A DNA stretch of 62,311 bases, counting the filler, from Coriobacteriales bacterium (GTDB taxonomy: Bacteria; Actinomycetota; Coriobacteriia; Coriobacteriales; UBA8131): NCBI GenBank assembly GCA_031263105.1. It is 6 parts of 6 records of this genome, joined end to end, with 100 filler letters (N's around TTAATTAATTAA, not from the genome) between each part and the next. Parts side by side here need not be neighbours in the genome. Positions count along the whole stretch, not along the records: positions 43,458 to 62,311 come from JAISGJ010000128.1; 5 more parts are not named here. One strand, given 5' to 3'. A program made the translations under genes and the position numbers. The notes below the pieces were generated by a model. The model did not search any database. It saw only the letters and a program-made list of their open reading frames with translations, and was not told the DNA's origin. Shown here one piece after another: positions 47,521 through 56,430 of the stretch; positions within the stretch are counted from its first letter, which is position 1; every line of letters starts with the position of its first letter.

Positions 47521-47570
47521 CGGAGGCGGCGAGGCGGCGGCAGTAGTGCGGGACGAGAGTAGCAAAGGAG

Positions 47571-47921
47571 GTGGCGGCAACGGACAACTTGACGGAGATG
47601 TTGAAGGGCGTCCTTGAGGGCTGTGTGCTCGAGATCATAGGGCGGGGCACGACCTACGGCTACGAGATCACGCGGCGGCTCAACGCGCTCGGGTTCTCGG
47701 ACGTGGTGGACGGAACGACCTACACGATCCTCGTGCGGCTTGAGAGGAGCGGGCTGGTGGACATCGAGAGGAAACCGTCCGACATGGGGCCGCCGCGCAA
47801 GTTCTTCACGCTCAACGACACCGGCCGTGAGGAGCTGAGGCGCTTCTGGGAACGCTGGGAGTTCGTCGCGTCGAAACTCGACGAGCTGAAAGGAGGTGCG
47901 CACGATGGGCACGATGGGTGA
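47571..47921 (+). CDS. PadR family transcriptional regulator
   Basis: MLKGVLEGCVL..YGYEI..GTTYTILVRLE..GPPRKFF. Confidence 0.93.
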   Translation: MAATDNLTEMLKGVLEGCVLEIIGRGTTYGYEITRRLNALGFSDVVDGTTYTILVRLERSGLVDIERKPSDMGPPRKFFTLNDTGREELRRFWERWEFVASKLDELKGGAHDGHDG

Positions 47922-48348
47922 CTTTTTCAACAACTACCTCAACATCCCTAAGATGATCGAGGAGAAGCGCGAGTACCGCCAGCAGATGGCGCGGGCGGAA
48001 GCGCTTCCGGAGGACTACCGCTACGTCTTCAAGAAAATCCAAAGGCATATGTGGATGTTCGCGGCGGGCTCCGGCTATGACATGATGAGGATCCACTACG
48101 ACCTGATCGAGCTGTTCGAGGAAGGGGCGGCAGAGGGCAGGCGCGTCCTCGAGGTCACGGGCGAGGATGTGGCGGCGTTCTGTGATGCGCTTCTGCAAAA
48201 CGCCCAGACCTATACGGAGAACTGGCGCGAGAAGCTCAACCGCGACATTGCGGGAAGGTTCGGCGGGAGCAGTGCGGGCTGTGCGGACGGTGTGGTCGGC
48301 GGGAGCAGCGGGAGCAGTGCGGACGGCACGGACGGCGGCCCAAAATGA
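47905..48348 (+). CDS. DUF1048 family protein
   Basis: LPEDYRYVFKKIQ..LIELFEEGAAEG..VTGEDVAAFCDALL; padR context. Confidence 0.85.
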   Translation: MGTMGDFFNNYLNIPKMIEEKREYRQQMARAEALPEDYRYVFKKIQRHMWMFAAGSGYDMMRIHYDLIELFEEGAAEGRRVLEVTGEDVAAFCDALLQNAQTYTENWREKLNRDIAGRFGGSSAGCADGVVGGSSGSSADGTDGGPK

Positions 48349-49106
48349 CCGAGGCCGCAATCCACGTGAAGGGCCTGCGGAAGTCCTTTGGAGACACCGA
48401 GGTCCTCAGAGGCGTCGATCTCGCCGTCCAGCGCGGCGAGATATTCGCCCTGCTCGGCTCGAACGGCGCAGGCAAGACCACGACCATCAACATCCTGTCC
48501 ACGCTGACGAAGCCGGACGGCGGCTCGGCGAGCGTCTGCGGCTTCGATGTCCGCCACCAAGCGGAGAAGGTGCGCGAGGCCATCAGCCTCACGGGGCAAT
48601 TCGCCGCCGTGGACGACCTGCTGACCGGGCGCGAGAACATCGTCCTCATCGCAAGGCTGCGACACGCCAGCAACCCGAGGCAGCTTGCCGCAGAGCTGCT
48701 TGGGCGCTTCGGGCTGTCCGATGCCGCCGACCGCAGGGCTGCCACGTACTCCGGCGGCATGAGGCGCAGGCTCGACATCGCGATGAGCCTTGTCGGAACA
48801 CCCTCGGTCATCTTCCTTGACGAGCCGACCACTGGACTTGACCCGGAAGCACGACTCGAGGTCTGGAAGACCGTGAAGGATCTCGCCGACAGCGGCACGG
48901 CGATACTTCTGACCACGCAATACCTCGACGAGGCGGAGCAGCTTGCCAGCCGCATTGCAATCCTGCACGGCGGCAGGATCATCGCAAGCGGGACGCTCGA
49001 CGAGCTGAAGAAGCTGTTCCCGCCCGCCAAGGAGGAGTACGTCATGAAGCAACCGACCCTTGAGGAGATCTTCCTCGCGATTGTCGGCAACGGGAAAGGC
49101 ACCTAG
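48345..49106 (+). CDS. ABC ATP-binding protein (DrrA-like)
   Basis: GSNGAGKTT, YSGGMRRRLD, FLDEPTTGLDP. Confidence 0.95.
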   Translation: MTEAAIHVKGLRKSFGDTEVLRGVDLAVQRGEIFALLGSNGAGKTTTINILSTLTKPDGGSASVCGFDVRHQAEKVREAISLTGQFAAVDDLLTGRENIVLIARLRHASNPRQLAAELLGRFGLSDAADRRAATYSGGMRRRLDIAMSLVGTPSVIFLDEPTTGLDPEARLEVWKTVKDLADSGTAILLTTQYLDEAEQLASRIAILHGGRIIASGTLDELKKLFPPAKEEYVMKQPTLEEIFLAIVGNGKGT

Positions 49107-49859
49107 ATGCGCGACACCCTCACCCTTCTCGGGCGCCTGATACGCCACGTCCTGCGAAGCCCGGACACGATAATCACAACCGCGCTTATGCCGGTCGCCA
49201 TGATGCTGCTGTTCGTCTACGTGTTCGGCGGCGCGGTGGGGCCAAGCCTCGGCAGCGACGTGAGCTACGTGAACTACCAGCTGCCGGGCATAGCGCTCAT
49301 CGCTGTTGCGTCCGGCATATCCTACACCGCGATGCGCCTGTGGAGCGACATGCAGAAGGGACTGTTCGCACGGTTCAGCTCCATGCCGATCAAACGCTCG
49401 GCGATGTTATGGGCGCACGTTCTCACATCACTGGCAGCGAACATGCTGACGCTCGTCATCATAGTCCTCGTCGCGCTGCCCCTGGGCTTCCGCTCGAGCG
49501 CGGGGGTGCTGAACTGGCTCGGCGTGGCCGGGATACTCGTGCTGTTCACCTTGGCGCTGACCTGGGTCGCGACGATTCCGGGGCTCACGGCGCACTCGAT
49601 GGAAGGCGCGACCGCGTTCTCGTATCCCTTGATCTTCCTGCCGTTTCTGAGTTCCGCCTTCGTGCCGACCGAGACCATGCCTGCCGCGCTCCGAGTGTTT
49701 GCGGAAAGCCAGCCCGTGACGCCGATCGTTGCCACCTTGCGCGCCTTGCTGAACGCCGAGCCTTTAGGCAGCGAGATATGGCTTGCGCTCGCGTGGTGCG
49801 TTGGAATCGCAGCGGTCTCGTACTGCCTTGCGACACGGGCGTATCGACGGGCTATGTAA
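49107..49859 (+). CDS. ABC-2 permease (DrrB-like)
   Basis: Six TMs; FLSSAFVP..QPVT. Confidence 0.92.
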   Translation: MRDTLTLLGRLIRHVLRSPDTIITTALMPVAMMLLFVYVFGGAVGPSLGSDVSYVNYQLPGIALIAVASGISYTAMRLWSDMQKGLFARFSSMPIKRSAMLWAHVLTSLAANMLTLVIIVLVALPLGFRSSAGVLNWLGVAGILVLFTLALTWVATIPGLTAHSMEGATAFSYPLIFLPFLSSAFVPTETMPAALRVFAESQPVTPIVATLRALLNAEPLGSEIWLALAWCVGIAAVSYCLATRAYRRAM

Positions 49860-49869
49860 GAACTCATCC

Positions 49870-51756
49870 CTACACAAGCAACCTATGCTGGTAGAGCTCG
49901 CCGTCCTCGAAGCCCAGGCTCTGGTAGTACTCCCGTGTCCCGACGGCGCTGATGACGTTGATCCTCTGGTAGCCTTGCGTGCGCGCGATGTCGCAGGCGG
50001 CCTCGACGAGCCGCCTGCCCAGGCCGAGGTGCTGGGCGCCCTCGCCGGGGCCATGTGGCTGCGAGCCCTCCGGCCGCGCACCCTCCCCCTCCGCACACGC
50101 CTGCCCGTCCTCCCCCGCCCTGTGCAGCGGGACGACCGTGCCGTAGACGTGGACCTCCCGGATCATCGCCTCGTAGGGGCCGACGGGCAGCACCGCCTGA
50201 TGGCGACGCACGTACTCGACGCTCGGCAACGAGAGGCGCAGGAACCCCACGAGCCTGTTCTCGGGCGTCACCCATTGCAGAAAGCGCTCGCTGCTCACCG
50301 TGGTCTCGTAGGCGACGACCTCAAGCGCAAGATGCCCAAGGTCCGTCTCGTCCGTGCCGATCTCCCGGTAGCGCATCTCCGCTATGCGCTCGCCGGCCTC
50401 CTCTATCCTGCGCTCCACCAGCTGCCGAAGGTTGGCCTTCCGGTTCCCCGCCAGGATGTCCTGGGCCGAGATGTCCCTGACCATCCGCGATATCCTCATG
50501 AATCCCGGCGTGGCGAGCGTGTCGGCCGTCAGGATGTCGAGCAGCTCGCCTTCGCTGTACGGCCTCCAGTCTCCCGCGCGGTAGCGCCCGACGAGCCCTG
50601 TGCCAGCGACGAGGGAGCAGGGATAGAGCTTTACCTCGTCCGGCAGGTACGCCCCGTCGGTGACGAGGCGCCGGTAGTCCCGGATGTCCTTCTCGGGGGT
50701 GGAACCGTAGAGGTTCGCCATGAAGTGCACGTGTGTCTTGAAACCGAACACCCTCAGCAGCTCGAAGGCCTCACGAACCCTGCCCAGGTCGATGACACGG
50801 TCGTTCAGCCTGAGAACAGCGGGGTCCAGGCTCTGGATGCCGATCTGCACCTTGGTGCAGCCGAGCTGCCGGAGCAGCATCAGGGAGCCGGCCGTGACGG
50901 TGTCCGGGCGCGTCTCGACGACCAGCCCGACGACCCGGTGGCGGGCGGTCCTGTTGACGCGGTGCTGGCAGGCCAACTCATCGAAGGTGGCCACCTGCCC
51001 GCGCGCGATGTCCTGCCAAACGTCGCTCTCGCCGTAGAGGCGTCCTATCGCCTGGTTGTAGGTGAGGGCGCCGTCGTCCACCTTCTGCTGCGTCTCACTG
51101 ACGCGCTCCGCACGTTCCTCCGCACGGCTCTCGCAGCCCTTGTCCCTATAGAGGCCACGCCTCGTCCGTGCGCCCTGCTCCGCATCCTCGCCGTCGTTGA
51201 GCGCCCTGAGCAGCTCCGTGACGAACCACAGCTGATACCCTTCCGGGTAGTCGCTCCACGTGCCCCCCAGGACGATCAGCTCGACCTTGTCGGTGGCATG
51301 CCCCATATGCGTCAGCGCGCGCAGCCGCGACACCACCTGCAGGTAGGGGTCGAAGCAGTTCCGCTCGGCCCGCTGGCACGCAGGCTCGTCGCTCAGGTAG
51401 CTCTTCGGCATCCTCACGTCGCTCGGGCAGTACAGGCAGTTGCTCGAACAGCTCCAGGGCTTCGTTATCACCGTGATCGTCGCGACGCCGGAGGCGGTCC
51501 GCCGAGGCTTCATGCGCAGCACCTGGAACAGCCGCCCCTCCGTCGCATCATCGACGTTCCAGCCTGCCCAGCGCTCGGGATCCGACTCCTTCACCTTGAG
51601 GTAGTACGGCAGCAGCCTCTTCTTCGAGAACCGCCGCCCGTTGCCGCCGAGGCCCCTGCTGTGCCGATGGATGATCCGCGCGAGGCGCCTGTCGTCCAAA
51701 CGGTCGCCCTCGCCCTCGCGAAGCTCGGTGAGTATGTCCAACAGAAGCGTTTCCAC
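49870..51756 (-). CDS. elp3: Elp3 family radical SAM/KAT tRNA U34 carboxymethyltransferase
   Basis: KPRRTASGV, CSSNCLYCP, PKSYLSDEP, KVELIVLGGTW, ETRPD, IREVHVYG, QHLGLGRRL, VISAVGTREYY. Confidence 0.92.
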   Translation of the reverse strand: METLLLDILTELREGEGDRLDDRRLARIIHRHSRGLGGNGRRFSKKRLLPYYLKVKESDPERWAGWNVDDATEGRLFQVLRMKPRRTASGVATITVITKPWSCSSNCLYCPSDVRMPKSYLSDEPACQRAERNCFDPYLQVVSRLRALTHMGHATDKVELIVLGGTWSDYPEGYQLWFVTELLRALNDGEDAEQGARTRRGLYRDKGCESRAEERAERVSETQQKVDDGALTYNQAIGRLYGESDVWQDIARGQVATFDELACQHRVNRTARHRVVGLVVETRPDTVTAGSLMLLRQLGCTKVQIGIQSLDPAVLRLNDRVIDLGRVREAFELLRVFGFKTHVHFMANLYGSTPEKDIRDYRRLVTDGAYLPDEVKLYPCSLVAGTGLVGRYRAGDWRPYSEGELLDILTADTLATPGFMRISRMVRDISAQDILAGNRKANLRQLVERRIEEAGERIAEMRYREIGTDETDLGHLALEVVAYETTVSSERFLQWVTPENRLVGFLRLSLPSVEYVRRHQAVLPVGPYEAMIREVHVYGTVVPLHRAGEDGQACAEGEGARPEGSQPHGPGEGAQHLGLGRRLVEAACDIARTQGYQRINVISAVGTREYYQSLGFEDGELYQHRLLV

Positions 51757-51765
51757 AGTACGAGT

Positions 51766-51782
51766 ATTCTATAGGATAGAAT
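51766..51782. promoter_or_regulatory. Bidirectional leaderless-type promoter
   Basis: ATTCTAT-agg-ATAGAAT gives TAGAAT on both strands, 6 and 9 nt from the two start codons. Confidence 0.65.
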
Positions 51783-51788
51783 GGCTGT

Positions 51789-52658
51789 ATGAATCCTGAG
51801 ACGGCCAAGAGGCTCTGCGCGCTCAACAACGCGTTCTATAGGGATAACAGCGGCTCGTTCTCAGAGACGCGACAGTCTCCCTGGCCCGGATGGACGCGCT
51901 GCCTTGAGGTGCTGAGGGCACAGGGCGGCCTCCCGGACGACCGGCGGGCAGGTGGGCGGCGGGCAGGCGGGCGGCAGTCCCTCTCGATCCTCGACCTCGC
52001 CTGCGGCAACCTGAGGTTCGAGCGCTTCCTCGCCTCCGCGCTCCCTGATGCCGCCCTCGCCTTTCACGCCGTGGACAACTGCGACAGCCTCGCCTCCCCG
52101 ATGCCGGGCGCAAAGAATCGCCGTCTCGATTGGAGCACAGACCGCCGCCTGACCTACCAGAGCCTCGACATCCTCGACACGCTGCACAGCGGCCTGTGCC
52201 TCAACGACCGGCTTGCGGCCCCCCTGTGCGACCTCGCCGTCTCGTTCGGCTTCCTGCACCACGTCCCGCTCCGGGAGTACCGCGAGAAGGTCTTGGCGAG
52301 CCTCGTGCGCCAGACCCGTCCGGGAGGATTCGTCATCGTGTCGCTCTGGCAGTTCCTCAACGACGAGGCCTTGGCACAGCGGGCACAGGCCACACGCGAG
52401 CACGCCCTGCAAGAGCTGGGCCTTCCGGCGCTCGACGACAACGACTGCCTGCTCGGCTGGAAGAACCTCCCGGGCACATATCGCTACTGCCACCATTTCT
52501 CTGAACTCGAGATAGACCGACTGGTGGAGTCGATCGCGCCCGTCGCCACTGCGCGCACGACCTCCGCGCCCTCCGCGTCCCTGCTCGCCCGCTTCACCTC
52601 CGACGGCAGAACCGGCGACCTGAACACCTATCTGGTCATGAGGGTCTCCTGCCCGTAA
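51789..52658 (+). CDS. Class I SAM methyltransferase, Trm9/ALKBH8-like
   Basis: FY....SFSETRQSPWPGW, ILDLACGN, SFGFLHHVP, RPGG...VSLW, RYCHHF. Confidence 0.75.
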   Translation: MNPETAKRLCALNNAFYRDNSGSFSETRQSPWPGWTRCLEVLRAQGGLPDDRRAGGRRAGGRQSLSILDLACGNLRFERFLASALPDAALAFHAVDNCDSLASPMPGAKNRRLDWSTDRRLTYQSLDILDTLHSGLCLNDRLAAPLCDLAVSFGFLHHVPLREYREKVLASLVRQTRPGGFVIVSLWQFLNDEALAQRAQATREHALQELGLPALDDNDCLLGWKNLPGTYRYCHHFSELEIDRLVESIAPVATARTTSAPSASLLARFTSDGRTGDLNTYLVMRVSCP

Positions 52659-52672
52659 GGGCCGCCCCCGAC

Positions 52673-53821
52673 CTACTCCTCGAGCGCGAGGCGCAGCTCC
52701 TCGGCCACCTCGGCGTCCTCCTCGACGGCCTGGCGCTGCGAAAGCAGGCGGCGGGCCTCCGGAGAGCGGCACGGGCCCGCGAACTGCCCGAGCGCCCAGG
52801 CGACGTGGGCGCGGATCGTCGCGTCGGGGTTGTCCAGCTCCTGCGCGAGGTCGGGCAGGTAGCGCAGGTCGCGGGTGTTGCCGATGGCGACGGCGGCGTT
52901 GCGCTGGAAGAAGCGCAGGTCGCGGATGTAGTTGTACATGACAGGGCGCACGCGCGACTCGTAGTAGCCCTCGGGCATGTGCAGCAGCCCCTCGAGCGTC
53001 AGCTCCTTGGCGAGAAGGTCGAGCAGGGCGTCGCGCGGACGGGCGTCGTTGGCGGCCAGGACCTTGCGGTTGCGCGGACAGGCCTCCTGGCAGGCGTCGC
53101 AGCCGTGAACGCGCTGGGCCATCAGCGGCCGTATCTCCCTCGGTATGGAGTCGGTGACGCCGAAACCCCGCTCCTTGTTGGTCATCCAGGCGTTGAACGG
53201 CAGGCAGCGCCTCGGAACGAGCGTGAACGGCTCGCGGAGGGCGCCGGTGGGGCAGGCGTCCAGGCAGAGCGTGCAGCCTTTGGGGCAGGTGCTCACGGGG
53301 CCCGGCTCGTCGTAGTCGAGCTCGGCGTCCACCAGCAGGGTGCTGAGAAGCACGAACGAGCCGATGCCGGGGGCGTAGGCGCAGGTGTTCTTGCCGAAGC
53401 TCACAAGGCCCGCACGCACCCCTGCCCAGCGCTGCGGCAGCCAGATCGCGTCCTCGCAGGTCAGGCCCTCCCCTGCCAGGAAGTCCCGCATGAGCCCCAG
53501 ACGTGCGCCGTTGATGTTCGTGGGAGGCGCGAGGTAGCTGCGCGACTGGTAGACCCTCCCCATGAGCGCACAGAGCTCGGGAGGAAAGCGGCACCGTGCG
53601 TAGTTGTACACCAGCACGACTATCGAGCGTGCGAAGCCCGCCTTCTCGCGCGGCCTCCCCCAGGACAGCGGATCGCGCGGCCCCTGCGTCCACCAGTCGT
53701 AGTCCTCGCCGCGCCCCGCAAGCGCCTCTATGAACTCGTCGAAGTCGTCGGCAGGGGCAAGGCCCACCCGGTCGTAGCCCAGGTCGAGCGCGTACTCCCT
53801 GATCCTCGTGCTCAGCGTCAT
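52673..53821 (-). CDS. Epoxyqueuosine reductase (QueG)-like Fe-S protein
   Basis: CPKGCTLCLDACPTGAL, GCDACQEACPRN, RNAAVAIGN plus HEAT-like tail. Confidence 0.8.
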   Translation of the reverse strand: MTLSTRIREYALDLGYDRVGLAPADDFDEFIEALAGRGEDYDWWTQGPRDPLSWGRPREKAGFARSIVVLVYNYARCRFPPELCALMGRVYQSRSYLAPPTNINGARLGLMRDFLAGEGLTCEDAIWLPQRWAGVRAGLVSFGKNTCAYAPGIGSFVLLSTLLVDAELDYDEPGPVSTCPKGCTLCLDACPTGALREPFTLVPRRCLPFNAWMTNKERGFGVTDSIPREIRPLMAQRVHGCDACQEACPRNRKVLAANDARPRDALLDLLAKELTLEGLLHMPEGYYESRVRPVMYNYIRDLRFFQRNAAVAIGNTRDLRYLPDLAQELDNPDATIRAHVAWALGQFAGPCRSPEARRLLSQRQAVEEDAEVAEELRLALEE

Positions 53822-53937
53822 GCCCGTCGTCCCTTCTCCCGTGGATGCGGCCGGGGCCGCCGCCTGGCCGGGGCCTGGCCCCTGCGCCGCAGCCGCCTCC
53901 GCAGCCGCAGCAACCGCGTCGGCCCCGTCCCTCTCCC

Positions 53938-55359
53938 CTACTTCAGCATGTCCTCAAGGCCCTTGAGGTCGGCGGCGGAGAACTGGCCCAGGCCGGGCAG
54001 CGAGCGCAGACCCCTGCCGCGCGACCGCTTGCCCTTCTTGCCCTTCTTGCCTTTGCCGCCCGACTGCATGCCCATCGGGCCCTGCATCTTCTTCATCATC
54101 CTGCGGGTCTCGTCGAACTGCTTGACGAGCTGGTTCACCTCGAACACCTGCACGCCGGCACCCGTGGCGATGCGCTGGCGGCGCGAGCCGTTGAGCAGGG
54201 AGGGCCGCGTGCGCTCGGCCTTGGTCATCGAGTGGATGATGACCTCCATGCGGTCGAGCGCCCCTTCGTCCACCTGCCCGGCGCCGAGGGCCTTCTCGCC
54301 GCCCGGCAGCGCCTTGAGCAGGCTCCCTATGCCGCCGAGCTTGCGCACCTGCCGGTTGATGGTCAAAAAGTCGTCGAAGGTGAGCTCCGCGCGCGCCATG
54401 CGCTCGGCCTCGGCCTGCGAGAACTCCTCGTCGGAGACGGCCTGCGCCTTCTCGATGAGGGTGACGACGTCCCCCATGCCGAGGATGCGCTTGGCCATGC
54501 GGTCGGGATGGAACTCCTCGAGCGAGGAGGGCTTCTCCCCTTCCGAGACGAACTTGATGGGCTTGCCGGTGACCTCGCGGATGGAGAGGGCGCCGCCGCC
54601 ACGGGCGTCGCCGTCCATCTTCGCCATGACGACGCCGTCGAAATCGACCCGCTCCGCGAACGCTGCAGCGACGTTGACCACGTCCTGGCCGGTCATCGCA
54701 TCGACGACCATGAGAACCTGGTCGGGCCTCGTCGCCTCCTTGATGGCGCCTGCCTCGGCCATCATCTCCTCGTCGACGTGCAGGCGGCCCGCCGTGTCGA
54801 TTATCACGACGTCCCGGAGGCCGTCTATGGCCTCGCGCACCGCCGCCTGGGCGATGCCCACCGGATGTGCGCCGTCGCCCCGGAAGACCGGCACCCCGAT
54901 GTCGCCGCCCAGCGACTCGAGCTGGTCTGCGGCAGCGGGCCGGTAGACGTCGGCCGCGACGAGGAGCGGGCTGTGCCCCTGCTGTTTGAGGCGGTACGCC
55001 AGCTTGGCGGCGGCGGTGGTCTTGCCCGAGCCCTGCAGGCCCACGAGCATGATGACGTTGGGTATGCGCGAGGTGAGCACAAGCCCCGAGCCGGTGCCCC
55101 CCAGAAGCCCCGTCAGCTGGTCGAGCACGATCTTCACGACGTTCTGCGCAGGGGTGAGGGAATCGAGCACCTCTGCGGTGAGCGCCCGCTCCTTGACGGC
55201 GGCGACGAAGGACTTCACGACCTTGAAGTTCACGTCCGCCTCGAGCAGCGCAAGGCGGATCTCGCGCATGGCGCCCTCGATGTCGCCTTCCGTCAGACGG
55301 CCCTTCGAGCGCAGGCCGCTGAACACGCCCTGCAAACGGTCGGAGAGGCTGTTGAACAC
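53938..55359 (-). CDS. ffh: Signal recognition particle protein
   Basis: GLQGSGKTT, DTAGRL, DGDARGGGAL, M domain. Confidence 0.98.
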   Translation of the reverse strand: MFNSLSDRLQGVFSGLRSKGRLTEGDIEGAMREIRLALLEADVNFKVVKSFVAAVKERALTAEVLDSLTPAQNVVKIVLDQLTGLLGGTGSGLVLTSRIPNVIMLVGLQGSGKTTAAAKLAYRLKQQGHSPLLVAADVYRPAAADQLESLGGDIGVPVFRGDGAHPVGIAQAAVREAIDGLRDVVIIDTAGRLHVDEEMMAEAGAIKEATRPDQVLMVVDAMTGQDVVNVAAAFAERVDFDGVVMAKMDGDARGGGALSIREVTGKPIKFVSEGEKPSSLEEFHPDRMAKRILGMGDVVTLIEKAQAVSDEEFSQAEAERMARAELTFDDFLTINRQVRKLGGIGSLLKALPGGEKALGAGQVDEGALDRMEVIIHSMTKAERTRPSLLNGSRRQRIATGAGVQVFEVNQLVKQFDETRRMMKKMQGPMGMQSGGKGKKGKKGKRSRGRGLRSLPGLGQFSAADLKGLEDMLK

Positions 55360-55368
55360 CGGATGCTC

Positions 55369-56430
55369 CTATCTTCTGTCGCCGATGAGCGCACGGGCGA
55401 ACTCGTGCGCGTCGAAGGGGCGCAGGTCCTCGATGCGCTCGCCGATGCCGATGCGCAGCACAGGAAGCCCCAGCTCGTGGGACACCGCGACCGCGATGCC
55501 GCCCTTGGCCGTCCCGTCGAGCTTGGTGACGATCACGCCGTCGAGGTCGAGCGCACGGTCGAACTCCCGCGCCTGGGCGAGCCCGTTCTGGCCGGTGGTC
55601 GCGTCGAGCACCAGCACCGTCTTGACCGGCAGCCCCTGGGCAGCCGAGGGGCCGCCGCCCGTGCGTGCGTCCGCTGCGCCCTCGCCCGCAGCCGCGCCCT
55701 CGCCCGCAGCCGCGCCCTCGCCTGCAGCCGCGCCCCCCGCGTCCTCGCCCACACTCGCCGCGCCCGCGCCCCTGAACGCCTCCGCGCGCTTCCGCGTCAC
55801 CTTGACCACCTTCTCGAGCTCGCGCATGAGGTCGTCGGAGGTGTGGAGGCGTCCGGCCGTGTCGATGAGGACAAGGTCGGCGCCGGTCTGCTCGGCCTTC
55901 TCCACCACCTCGAAGGACACGCTGGCGGGGTCGGCCCCGCGCTGGCGCTTGATGACCGGCACGCCCGCACGGCCCGCCCAGACGTCGAGCTGTTCGATGG
56001 CGGCCGCACGGAAGGTGTCCGCGCTGCCGAGCAGCACCCTGCGGCCACGCTCGACGCCGTCCTTGGCGAGCTTGCCGACCGTCGTGGTCTTGCCCGAGCC
56101 GTTGATGCCCACGAAAAGCACACAGACGGGATCCGTCTCGAAGAGGTCCCCTTCAGCCGAGGCGAACATGTCGGCGATGGTGTCGGTGAGCCGGTCGAAC
56201 ACGGCGTAGCCGTCGGGCAGGGCCAGGCGCAGGGCCACGTCCTGCAGCCGGTCGATGATGTCGACGGTCGCAGGGCCTCCGAAGTCCGCGAGGATCAACG
56301 ACTCCTCGAGGCTGTCCCAGAAATCGTCGTCAAGGCGGGGCCCCCGGTCGAAGATGACGTTGAGCTGCTCGTTGAAACGCTCCCGGGTACGGGAAAGCCC
56401 CTTGCTCAGGCGGTCGAACCAGGACATCAT
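55369..56430 (-). CDS. ftsY: SRP receptor
   Basis: GINGSGKTT, DTFRAAA, DTAGRL, TKLDGTAKGG. Confidence 0.97.
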   Translation of the reverse strand: MMSWFDRLSKGLSRTRERFNEQLNVIFDRGPRLDDDFWDSLEESLILADFGGPATVDIIDRLQDVALRLALPDGYAVFDRLTDTIADMFASAEGDLFETDPVCVLFVGINGSGKTTTVGKLAKDGVERGRRVLLGSADTFRAAAIEQLDVWAGRAGVPVIKRQRGADPASVSFEVVEKAEQTGADLVLIDTAGRLHTSDDLMRELEKVVKVTRKRAEAFRGAGAASVGEDAGGAAAGEGAAAGEGAAAGEGAADARTGGGPSAAQGLPVKTVLVLDATTGQNGLAQAREFDRALDLDGVIVTKLDGTAKGGIAVAVSHELGLPVLRIGIGERIEDLRPFDAHEFARALIGDRR

